Source: Candidatus Woesearchaeota archaeon (GTDB lineage Archaea > Nanobdellota > Nanobdellia > Woesearchaeales > ARS49). From it: 35,429 nucleotides of DNA. Positions 15,283-23,330 of the stretch are shown here, piece by piece. Position 1 is the stretch's first letter. The number at the start of each line of letters is the position of its first letter. The stretch is taken from assembly GCA_026394935.1 (NCBI GenBank), contig JAPLZR010000081.1:4178-39606 (forward strand), in the 5' to 3' direction. The notes beneath the pieces are model-generated. The model did not search any database and had not been told where the DNA came from. It saw nothing but the letters and a program-made list of their open reading frames with translations. The position numbers were made by a program, and so were the translations under genes.

Positions 15283-16833
15283 CTAAACAATAACTCCGTT
15301 TTCGTAAGTGTTTCTTTTGAATTTTGGCTGGCGCATTAGCGCTGGTATTCTTCTTTCAAGTGATATTCTTGCTGATTCGTACATTCCGAGGCAGTTTACC
15401 AGGATTCTTTGTGGGATGTAAAAGCTTGGTTTGCCTATTGCTGATATGATGTCTCCTCTGAGCTGTCTTATTTTGTCTTTGACTTCTGGGTTTGGGTGTC
15501 TGTTGATTGCCAAATCGATTAGTGGGAGTGCGCGTCTTAGCGTGTTTGAGTTTTGTTCAACTCTTTGCCTGATTCTTGGAACTCCGGAATTCTTGAAAGT
15601 TTTGTATCCTTTGAAGGAAATGGCTAGTGCTCTGATGATTGATGGTCCGAGTTCGAAGTAGTCTCTTTTTTGCGCTTGGAGCTGTAGTGCTTCCATTTGT
15701 TCTTTTGTAATTGTTGGGTGTTCAAAGACTAAGTGGTTTCCTTCGTAATTCTTGTATCTTTTGTCAGTGATGTGAACTTTTTCGTGGAAGGGCGTGCCTG
15801 GGAATGGGGTTTTGATGTTCATTTGCATGGTGTAAGGTGCTAATTCTATCATCCTGTCTATTGTTGTTTTGCAGTCTTGAAGCGTCTGTTTTGGGTCTCC
15901 TATGAAGCTTGAGGCAATCAATAGTATGCCGTGTGCGTGCATGGTTTCCACAAAATCTTTGATTTCATCATAGTTATTTTTTGAGTACATTGATGAGAAG
16001 TCTTCAAACCCTGCCCAGATGTGGTAGCCTAAGTCGAAGAGTTCTTCTGGTTTGTATTGTCTGACGCTTTTTGTTGTGCCGAAGCAGGTGATGTTGATGA
16101 GTTTTTTGAGTTCTTTGACGTGTTTGTGGAAGGATTCGTTTCTGACTTTGTCTTCGAGATGGTCTTCGTTGAACATGGTTATTTCGCTTAGTCCTGCTTC
16201 AACATATTTGGAAACTAGCGAGTTGACTTCTTCTCCGTTCAATAGTGCGGTTTTTTTTCCGTTGTGGTAGTGGGAGGTTGCGCAGAAATCGCATTTGTTT
16301 CCGCATCCTACGTTTGCCAGGATTACTCCTGAGCCTGTGCCGAGGGGTATGTTTAGCACTCCGTATTTGAGTATCATTAAGGGGTGCGTTATTTCTCTTT
16401 GTTCTTCTCCTAAGAATTCTCTGAACCTTGAGACTCCTTCTCCTAGAAAGAGTTCGTCTGCAGAGCCTTTTTCTGGTGCGTATCCTCCGTAGATGACTTT
16501 TACTTCTGGAAAGAGTTCTTTGATTTTTCTGGTCATATTCTCTGCTCTTTCGAATGTTGGCGCGGTTACCTGCATTGCAACATACAACGGCTTTTCGCAC
16601 CTGATTTCTGCAAGAAGTTGTTTCATGGTTGGCCAGTGCAGTACTACTGATGAGGCTCGTATGTTGCTGGCTATCAGGTCAAGGGGATAATGGTCTAATT
16701 GTGCTCTTGCTCCGAAGACGTCTTGTTCGTATTCGAGATGTGAGTAGATGTGTTCAGAACTTGAGCATTTTGCTAGATCTTCACAGTCTATTCCTACTGG
16801 AGTTGTTATGCTTGTGAAGATGATGTCTGCCAT
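15283..16833 (-). CDS. B12-binding-domain radical SAM protein
   Basis: 516 aa. CxxxCxxC cluster (GCGNKCDFCATSHY). The N-terminal Rossmann-like segment is typical of class B enzymes (VAMQVTAP...VKVIYGGYAPE). No C-terminal SPASM-type Cys cluster was seen. Confidence 0.85.
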   Translation of the reverse strand: MADIIFTSITTPVGIDCEDLAKCSSSEHIYSHLEYEQDVFGARAQLDHYPLDLIASNIRASSVVLHWPTMKQLLAEIRCEKPLYVAMQVTAPTFERAENMTRKIKELFPEVKVIYGGYAPEKGSADELFLGEGVSRFREFLGEEQREITHPLMILKYGVLNIPLGTGSGVILANVGCGNKCDFCATSHYHNGKKTALLNGEEVNSLVSKYVEAGLSEITMFNEDHLEDKVRNESFHKHVKELKKLINITCFGTTKSVRQYKPEELFDLGYHIWAGFEDFSSMYSKNNYDEIKDFVETMHAHGILLIASSFIGDPKQTLQDCKTTIDRMIELAPYTMQMNIKTPFPGTPFHEKVHITDKRYKNYEGNHLVFEHPTITKEQMEALQLQAQKRDYFELGPSIIRALAISFKGYKTFKNSGVPRIRQRVEQNSNTLRRALPLIDLAINRHPNPEVKDKIRQLRGDIISAIGKPSFYIPQRILVNCLGMYESARISLERRIPALMRQPKFKRNTYENGVIV

Positions 16834-16853
16834 ATTTTCGCTGTTTCAAATAA

Positions 16854-16869
16854 TTATTTATAAATGTTC
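16854..16869 (-). promoter_or_regulatory. TATA-box promoter of the radical SAM gene
   Basis: The minus strand reads GAACATTTATAAATAA, centred about 27 nt upstream of the ATG at 16833. Confidence 0.5.
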
Positions 16870-16876
16870 TGAGAGT

Positions 16877-17278
16877 TTACAGTTGCAGCATTCTGTCTAA
16901 TTCTTCTGCTGCTTTTTTCATTTCTTGTATTGCTCTGTCTGTGTCTCTTTGCAAGTCGTCTACAAGTAATGTCAGCCGGTCTCCTCGCATTATGTATTTG
17001 TTGCCTTCGTGTGTTATTATTCCTTTTTCCATCAGCGTGTTGAGGTGGTGCACTACTGTTGCTCTTGTCAGTCCTAGTCTGTCTGCAAGTTGGTCGCTTG
17101 TTAGCCCGCCTGTTGCTTTTATTGCTTTGATTAATTCAATAAATATTCGGAAGCAGGACTTATCGCGGTCCCGCTCTCCAAACAGTCCTAGGGATGTGCC
17201 GAACCATTGGAGTTCTTCGTTTACTGAAACCTGTCTGGGTCTTCTGACGTTTACAATGGTTATTCTTCTTACAAACAT
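16877..17278 (-). CDS. Winged-helix (ArsR-like) transcriptional regulator
   Basis: 133 aa. wHTH segment LTSDQLADRLGLTRATVVHHLNTLMEKGIITHEG. It is transcribed divergently from the grpE operon, together with the DUF3467-like gene. Confidence 0.7.
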   Translation of the reverse strand: MFVRRITIVNVRRPRQVSVNEELQWFGTSLGLFGERDRDKSCFRIFIELIKAIKATGGLTSDQLADRLGLTRATVVHHLNTLMEKGIITHEGNKYIMRGDRLTLLVDDLQRDTDRAIQEMKKAAEELDRMLQL

Positions 17279-17279
17279 C

Positions 17280-17633
17280 TTATCCCATGTAAGTTGGCAC
17301 TTCAGGCACTTGTTCTCCTGCTTTTTTCATGTATTCTTTCTGTTTTTTTTCTGCTTTTTCAAGCGATTTTGGCTTTTGTATTTTGCCGAATTCTTCTTCG
17401 TATTTTTGTATTACGCTGTTAAGCACTCCTACGAGGCTTTTTGCGTGCCATGGCTCGAGCATTATTACGTTGTGTTTTAGCTGGAAGCTTGGCTTTTTGC
17501 TTCTTGGGTCTGTTCTTGGAGTTATGCATTTGAAGTCCAGAGTCAGCTGTGTTGGCGTGAAGTTGACTGTTGCTTCGTGTGCAAAGAATGGTTCTCCGTC
17601 GTTAATGTTTATGCTTATTTGTTCTTGTGCCAT
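17280..17633 (-). CDS. DUF3467-like protein
   Basis: 117 aa from the ATG at 17633, with GAGGTG 7 nt upstream (the ORF track starts at GTG 17642). FFAHEATVNFTPTQLTLDFK resembles the DUF3467 N-terminal signature. Confidence 0.6.
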   Translation of the reverse strand: MAQEQISININDGEPFFAHEATVNFTPTQLTLDFKCITPRTDPRSKKPSFQLKHNVIMLEPWHAKSLVGVLNSVIQKYEEEFGKIQKPKSLEKAEKKQKEYMKKAGEQVPEVPTYMG

Positions 17634-17699
17634 AAAATTCACCTCGGTTATTTTGTTTTATCATGGTAATCATAACAACTATATAAACCTTACTATTTC

Positions 17700-17715
17700 C
17701 GAAAGCTTTATATAG
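17700..17715 (+). promoter_or_regulatory. BRE/TATA promoter of the grpE-dnaK-dnaJ operon
   Basis: CGAAAGCTTTATATAG lies 50 nt upstream of the grpE ATG. A divergent AAGGTTTATATAG on the minus strand (~17678-17692) faces the DUF3467-like gene. Confidence 0.65.
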
Positions 17716-17765
17716 GAGTTAAGTCTACCATCTACTTCGTTGACTTAAAGTCAACGGGTGAAGAC

Positions 17766-18278
17766 ATGGGAATTATGAAAAAGGCCGACAAGGAAACTGA
17801 AGTGTTCAAGCGCGAGCTTGTTAAAAAGGATGCTCAGCTGGCTGACTATACTGATCATTTGAAGCGTTTGCAGGCTGAGTTTGAGAATTATTGCAAGCGT
17901 GTTGAAAAGGAAAGAAAGGATGTTGTAAGTTTTGCTTCAGAAAGGCTTGTTGTCAAGCTTTTGCTTGTCATTGATGATTTTGAGCGTGCGCTTCAACAGC
18001 TTAAGGATGTTCCTGAACAGACTAAGAAGGGTATTGAGATGATTTTCAAGAATTTGCATAAGATGTTGGATGAGGAGCGTGTTGTTCCTATAATTGCTGT
18101 TGGTCAGAAGTTTGATCCTTACAAGCATGAGGTTGTTTTGCAGGTTGAGAGCGACAAGCCTGAAGATGTCATAGTTGAGGAATTGCAGAAGGGTTACATG
18201 ATGAATGGCAAGGTAATTCGTTATGCGAAAGTCAAGATTTCGAAGAATCACAATTTGGAGAGTGGTAAACATGGGTAA
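17766..18278 (+). CDS. grpE: Nucleotide exchange factor GrpE
   Basis: 170 aa. Contains [18 protein letters not shown] and the C-terminal beta-domain pattern. Overlaps dnaK by 8 nt (ATGGGTAA). Confidence 0.9.
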   Translation: MGIMKKADKETEVFKRELVKKDAQLADYTDHLKRLQAEFENYCKRVEKERKDVVSFASERLVVKLLLVIDDFERALQQLKDVPEQTKKGIEMIFKNLHKMLDEERVVPIIAVGQKFDPYKHEVVLQVESDKPEDVIVEELQKGYMMNGKVIRYAKVKISKNHNLESGKHG

Positions 18279-20088
18279 AGAAAAAATAATTGGTATAGAT
18301 CTCGGCACATCGAACAGTGCAGCTTCTGTTTTGGAGGCTGGCAGGCCGAAGATTATTCCTTCAGCAGAAGGAGTTTCGTTGTATGGTAAGGCGTTTCCGT
18401 CTTTTGTTGCTTTTACAAAAGATGGGCAGTTGTTGGTTGGCGAACCTGCAAGAAGACAAGCAGTCAGCAACCCGCATGGTACTGTTTACGCTGCTAAACG
18501 TAAGATGGGTTCTAATTTCAAGTACCAAATTTACGGTAAGGAATATACTCCTCAGCAGATTTCTGCGTTTTTGCTGCAGAAAATCAGGAAGGATGCAGAG
18601 GCTTTTATTGGTGAGCCTATCAAGCGGGCTGTTATTACTGTTCCTGCTTATTTTGATGACAATCAAAGGCAGGCTACAAAGGATGCTGGCACTATTGCCG
18701 GTTTGGAAGTTGTCAGGATAATTAATGAGCCGACTGCTGCTTCTTTGTCGTATGGTCTTGACAAGCAGGGTCAAGAGCAGAAAATATTGGTTTTTGACCT
18801 TGGTGGCGGTACTTTGGACGTTACTGTTATGGACTTTTCAGAGGGTGTTTTCGAGGTTGTTTCAACTTCTGGTGATACCCAGCTGGGTGGTACTGATATG
18901 GATAACGTGCTTATCAGCCATATTGTCAAGGAGTTCCAGAAGGATTCTGGAATAGATTTGAACGATGATGCTGTTGCTATGCAGCGTGTTAGAGAGGCTG
19001 CTGAGAAGGCAAAGATTGAGTTAAGCACTGTTCTTGAAACTGACATTAATTTGCCTTTCATTTCTGCGACTAGTGCTGGTCCTAAGCATTTGCAGATGAA
19101 GTTGACAAGGGCTAAATTGGAAGAGCTTATTGACCCTATTGTTAAGAAGTGCAAGAAGAGTGTTGACCAGGCTTTGTCTGATGCCAAGATGGCTGTTAAG
19201 GACTTGGTTAAGGTTATTCTTGTTGGCGGTCCTACAAGGATGCCTATTGTTCAGAAGTATTTGGAGCAATGGTTTGGCAGCAAGGTTGAAAGAAGTATTG
19301 ACCCGATGGAATGTGTTGCTATGGGTGCTGCTATTCAGGCTGGTGTTCTTGCCGGAGAGGTTAAGGACATTTTGCTTTTGGACGTTACTCCTTTGAGTTT
19401 GGGTATTGAGACTTTGGGAGGAGTTTTAACAAAGCTTATCGAAAGGAACACCACGATTCCTGTGAAGCGCAGTCAAGTGTTCAGCACTGCTGCTGACGAT
19501 CAGTCTGCTGTTACTATCAGGGTTTCGCAGGGTGAAAGGGCGATGTTTGCTGATAACAAAATGCTTGGTCAGTTTGATCTTGTTGGCATTCCTTCTGCTC
19601 CGAGGGGTGTTCCTCAGATTGAGGTCGCGTTTGACATTGATGCTAACGGCATCTTGAATGTTTCAGCTAAGGATTTGGGCACTGGTAAGGAGCAGAGTAT
19701 GCGTATTACTGCTCCTAACAAGCTTGATTCTGCTGAGGTTGAGAGGATGCGCAAGCAGGCTGAGGAGTTTGCTGAGACTGATAAGAAGAAAAAGGATGAG
19801 ATTGAGACTGTCAATGAGGCGGATACTATCATCTATACTACTGAGAAGCAGATGAAGGACTTTGAGGGTAAGGTGAGCGAAAAGGAGATAAAGGACGTCA
19901 AGGACAAGATTGATGAGCTGAAGAAGCTTATGGCAGAGAGTCCTCGTGATCCTGCTAAGATTAGGAAGAAGCTTGACGAGTGCAATCAGGTTTTGCACGC
20001 TGCTGCCACTGCCTTGTATCAGAAGGCTGGCAAGGCAAAAGAAGCGAAGGCTGGCAAGGAAGATGTTGTAGACGCTGAGAAGGCGTAA
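18271..20088 (+). CDS. dnaK: Hsp70 chaperone DnaK
   Basis: 605 aa from the ATG at 18271. Contains [31 protein letters not shown] and the [12 protein letters not shown] motifs. Confidence 0.97.
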   Translation: MGKEKIIGIDLGTSNSAASVLEAGRPKIIPSAEGVSLYGKAFPSFVAFTKDGQLLVGEPARRQAVSNPHGTVYAAKRKMGSNFKYQIYGKEYTPQQISAFLLQKIRKDAEAFIGEPIKRAVITVPAYFDDNQRQATKDAGTIAGLEVVRIINEPTAASLSYGLDKQGQEQKILVFDLGGGTLDVTVMDFSEGVFEVVSTSGDTQLGGTDMDNVLISHIVKEFQKDSGIDLNDDAVAMQRVREAAEKAKIELSTVLETDINLPFISATSAGPKHLQMKLTRAKLEELIDPIVKKCKKSVDQALSDAKMAVKDLVKVILVGGPTRMPIVQKYLEQWFGSKVERSIDPMECVAMGAAIQAGVLAGEVKDILLLDVTPLSLGIETLGGVLTKLIERNTTIPVKRSQVFSTAADDQSAVTIRVSQGERAMFADNKMLGQFDLVGIPSAPRGVPQIEVAFDIDANGILNVSAKDLGTGKEQSMRITAPNKLDSAEVERMRKQAEEFAETDKKKKDEIETVNEADTIIYTTEKQMKDFEGKVSEKEIKDVKDKIDELKKLMAESPRDPAKIRKKLDECNQVLHAAATALYQKAGKAKEAKAGKEDVVDAEKA

Positions 20089-20106
20089 GTATTAATCCAA
20101 GCCGCG

Positions 20107-20166
20107 CCTTGGCAAGACCAAGGTCAATTTTCCTCTCCCCTTGCAAAGCGTGGGGAGAGAAAATTG
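20107..20166 (+). terminator. Two tandem hairpins downstream of dnaK (terminator or processing/attenuation element)
   Basis: ccttgg-caaga-ccaagg (20107-20123). caattttcctctcccc / ggggagagaaaattg with an 11-nt loop (20125-20166, one bulged c). Confidence 0.4.
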
Positions 20167-20194
20167 AGTCGTAGACCGCAGCTTGAGGAAAATA

Positions 20195-20353
20195 ATGGAT
20201 TACCGGATACTTGCATATGTTGGAATTGGTTTGATAGCGCTGTATTTAGCTGTCAGGCTGCTCGGCCAGTATGCTTTTGGCAGGCTTGTTGATGCTGAGT
20301 TTAGCCACGTCTTGAATGCGGATGAGCATAAGGTAAAGGGGCGGTATGGGTAA
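20195..20353 (+). CDS. 52-aa single-pass membrane protein (below the ORF-track cutoff)
   Basis: [56 protein letters not shown] lies 7 nt upstream of the ATG. Its stop overlaps the dnaJ start with the same ATGGGTAA junction used by grpE/dnaK. Confidence 0.5.
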   Translation: MDYRILAYVGIGLIALYLAVRLLGQYAFGRLVDAEFSHVLNADEHKVKGRYG

Positions 20354-21407
20354 GGATTACTATAAAGTTCTTGGAGTTGAGAAGGGTGCTTCTCAGGATG
20401 AGGTTAAGAAGGCTTACAAGCGTTTGGCTAAGAAGTATCATCCTGATTTGAATAAGGAGGCTGATGCTTCTGATAAGTTTAAGGAGATTAATGAGGCTGC
20501 TGCTGTTCTTGGTGATCCTGATAAGCGTCAGCAGTATGACCAGTTTGGCACTGCTGATTTTGGTCAGCAGGCTGGTTTTGATTTCCGCGATTTTGCCGGT
20601 GGTTTTAATTTTGATGATATTTTTGACCAGTTCTTTTCTGGTTTTGGTTTTAAGTCAAAGCGTGGCGGTCGTCCTGGCAGGGATTTGGTTGCAGAGGTCG
20701 ATATTACTTTGGAAAACGTTTCAAAGGGGACTACAACTGAGATTGAGATGCAGCGTTCTGTGACTTGCAGTGAGTGTCGTGGTAAGGGTGGAAAGAATTT
20801 TGTTCAGTGTTCTGATTGTCAGGGTCAGGGTATGGTGAGGCATGCTAAGAGGACTCCTTTTGGTGTGTTTGCTACTACTTCTTCCTGTGGTGCCTGTAAG
20901 GGTACTGGCGAGGTTGCTGAGAATGTTTGTGAAACCTGTGATGGTGATGGCGTTATTGTGAGCAGGGAGCCTGTTAAGGTGAAGATTCCTGCTGGTATTG
21001 AGGATGGTATGAAGTTGCGTGTTTCCGGCGAGGGCGAGGCTGGTAGTCAGGGTGCTTCTGCTGGTGATTTGTATGTTATCGTTCACGTTCTTGAGGATGA
21101 AAGGTTTGCGAGAGTTGAGAATGATTTAGTGATGGACCAGCCAATCAGCTTTTCCACAGCGTGTTTGGGTGGAGAAATTAGTGTTGAAACATTAGCAGGC
21201 AAAAAGAAGGTTGACATCAAGCCCGGCACCCAAAATAATTCTGAAGTGCGCTTGAAAGAAGAGGGTTTGCCTGACTTGAGAAGCAGTCGTGTCGGTGATT
21301 TTGTGATTAAAGTCAGTGTTGAAGTTCCTAAGAAGGTTTCTAAGAAGCAGGCTGAATTATTGCAGGAGTTCGAGAAGGAAGGCAAGAAGAAGTGGGGCTT
21401 GTTTTAA
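20346..21407 (+). CDS. dnaJ: Co-chaperone DnaJ (type I)
   Basis: J domain with HPD (KKYHPDLN), a G/F-rich linker, and four CxxCxGxG zinc-finger repeats ([32 protein letters not shown]). Confidence 0.96.
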   Translation: MGKDYYKVLGVEKGASQDEVKKAYKRLAKKYHPDLNKEADASDKFKEINEAAAVLGDPDKRQQYDQFGTADFGQQAGFDFRDFAGGFNFDDIFDQFFSGFGFKSKRGGRPGRDLVAEVDITLENVSKGTTTEIEMQRSVTCSECRGKGGKNFVQCSDCQGQGMVRHAKRTPFGVFATTSSCGACKGTGEVAENVCETCDGDGVIVSREPVKVKIPAGIEDGMKLRVSGEGEAGSQGASAGDLYVIVHVLEDERFARVENDLVMDQPISFSTACLGGEISVETLAGKKKVDIKPGTQNNSEVRLKEEGLPDLRSSRVGDFVIKVSVEVPKKVSKKQAELLQEFEKEGKKKWGLF

Positions 21408-21408
21408 T

Positions 21409-22143
21409 CTAATCTTTGTGATGCCAGTATATTACTGCAAAAAAGCTTGCAATAGCGAGGATTGCTTCAAAGCCTGGCGTGGTTGAATGTGCTGTGTCAT
21501 TTTCAATTTCTATTACTTCTACTTTTCCAGTATCTAAGTGGTATTTAGCGCCTATGATTGTAACTTTTTCTTCTTTGACGTACTCTTCTGTAATTGGGCT
21601 GTTTTCCAGTATGTTTTTGATGCCCAGCTTCACGTTTTCATCAATGGCATTATCTAATAGATTTCCTGGTTTGGTTTTGGCTATTTCCACTGCTGGCTCT
21701 ATTTGATCTGTGATGCTTCTGATATTTCCTCCAGCTGGTCCTTGAAGAGCTGCTGAAACTGCTCCGCAGCTCTGGTGTCCTAACACGATGATTAGGGGCA
21801 CGTGCAGGTGTTCAATGCTGTATTCGATAGAGCCCAGTTCAATGGGACCTACCACGTTGCCTGCTACGCGAACGATGAACAAGTCTCCTAGTCCTTGGTC
21901 GAATAATAGTTCTGGCGGGACTCTGGAGTCAGAACAGCTGACAATTGTTGCAATTGGATACTGTCCTGTAATCAGCTCGGCGCGTCTGATTGAAAAGTCT
22001 CTGACAGTTTGTTCACCAGAAGCGAAGCGTTGGTTTCCGTTCATCAGTTGTTTCCAGGCATTGTCAGCATCTGCTGCTGTTGCAATAGCGGAAAATGATA
22101 ATATTAAAAATAATGTGAGAATGATTGTTAATCTCTTTTTCAT
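21409..22143 (-). CDS. Secreted beta-class carbonic anhydrase with PGF-CTERM-like anchor
   Basis: Sec signal MKKRLTIILTLFLILSFSAIATAADA. Beta-CA zinc ligand motifs CSDSR and HQSCG. The C-terminus is TTPGFEAILAIASFFAVIYWHHKD. Confidence 0.88.
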   Translation of the reverse strand: MKKRLTIILTLFLILSFSAIATAADADNAWKQLMNGNQRFASGEQTVRDFSIRRAELITGQYPIATIVSCSDSRVPPELLFDQGLGDLFIVRVAGNVVGPIELGSIEYSIEHLHVPLIIVLGHQSCGAVSAALQGPAGGNIRSITDQIEPAVEIAKTKPGNLLDNAIDENVKLGIKNILENSPITEEYVKEEKVTIIGAKYHLDTGKVEVIEIENDTAHSTTPGFEAILAIASFFAVIYWHHKD

Positions 22144-22188
22144 AATTATCTTTTAATCGCCAGCGCTTAATAATTTTTTGGTGAAAAG

Positions 22189-23073
22189 TTACGTAAGTTC
22201 TTCATCTTCAATTTCGCTTATGTACTCTAATGTCGTTGGATCTTTATCTGATTCATAGGATTTTCTTAAGTTTTCAATGGCGTTTTTCCTTAACTCGGCT
22301 CTTTCCTGTAAATCCGTGCGGTGGTAGCTGAATTTGTCTTGAGCATTGCCTAGTGCATAAAAATCACAGGACTCGCCGTCTGAATTCGCGATTTCTTGAA
22401 GGTATTTTATTCCTCTTTGAAATAGCGTGGTTCTTTGCTGCGCATCCATGCTTAAATCATCTGAGTCAGCCATATCTATGAATGTCCTGGCAATATAGTG
22501 TAGTGTATCGGGCGTCAAATTCTGGGCAGAATCGAGTTTTTGGGCTTCTCTATAAGCTTCCTGTAAAACTGGCTGGTCGTCTTCATGTGAGCAGTTCCAT
22601 AATTTGAATAGGTTTACGACAAGTTCGGACTGATAGTCTGGGTATGTTCTTGCTCCTTTTTTTAGGTGGGCTATTGCAGAGGCGTAATAAGTTGCTGCCT
22701 CTTCATCATTCATTGACCCTGCCATTTGTGATTCGATGCTTGCCAGGTCGAAATAGTCTGTGGGTGTTCCTCTTGTAGCGACAGCCAGTTCATACACGTT
22801 TTTTAATATGAGCATAATATCTAATGATTTGATTCCGTGCAATTCGCCTGCTTGGTTTATGGTGACGTAATTATCGGGGATCTGTGAAAGAACCTGTTCT
22901 AATGCGAAAGTGGTCATGTCAACGAAATAATGGCTGAGAGGTTGTTCTGGTTTCTCTTCAGTTTTTTGTTTTATTCCTATTTTTTTCAGTATGAATTCCA
23001 GTAAGCCCATGTGTTTTTGTTGGCTTTCAGGATGTTTATAAAACTTGCCTTCATGACCACTATGAAATGACAA
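22189..23073 (-). CDS. Hypothetical alpha-helical (repeat-like) acidic protein
   Basis: 294 aa from TTG 23073 (alternative ATG at 23010). Last gene of the minus-strand kinase cluster. No family recognised. Confidence 0.6.
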   Translation of the reverse strand: MSFHSGHEGKFYKHPESQQKHMGLLEFILKKIGIKQKTEEKPEQPLSHYFVDMTTFALEQVLSQIPDNYVTINQAGELHGIKSLDIMLILKNVYELAVATRGTPTDYFDLASIESQMAGSMNDEEAATYYASAIAHLKKGARTYPDYQSELVVNLFKLWNCSHEDDQPVLQEAYREAQKLDSAQNLTPDTLHYIARTFIDMADSDDLSMDAQQRTTLFQRGIKYLQEIANSDGESCDFYALGNAQDKFSYHRTDLQERAELRKNAIENLRKSYESDKDPTTLEYISEIEDEELT

Positions 23074-23108
23074 TGTTTATCGCGCCAGAAATTTAGAAGT
23101 GGCTTGCT

Positions 23109-23330
23109 TTACTTCGTTGTCTGGAATATTGGTTCTGCTATTCCTAGAATGGTGGCAACTATTCCGCCGAAAATGCCTGCTTCCAGCAAATGTTCAAGTA
23201 TTACGCCGGTTGAGCCCTTGGTGTTGAATTCTCCGACTTTTTTCAGACCATAGGCGTTTCTCATTGGAATTGAGATTTGTTCGCTTATCGGGTTGAGTAT
23301 TCTTTGAAGGTTGTTTTGTGATATTTTGGC
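23109..23330 (-). pseudogene. Second copy of the kinase C-terminal tail module, intact frame but no own start
   Basis: 23113-23330 aligns to 24738-24955 at a constant offset of 1625, with 21 mismatches in 218 nt and no indels. It translates without stops to AKISQNNLQRILNPISEQISIPMRNAYGLKKVGEFNTKGSTGVILEHLLEAGIFGGIVATILGIAEPIFQTTK*. It overlaps the 3' end of the 475-aa ORF in a different frame. Confidence 0.8.
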
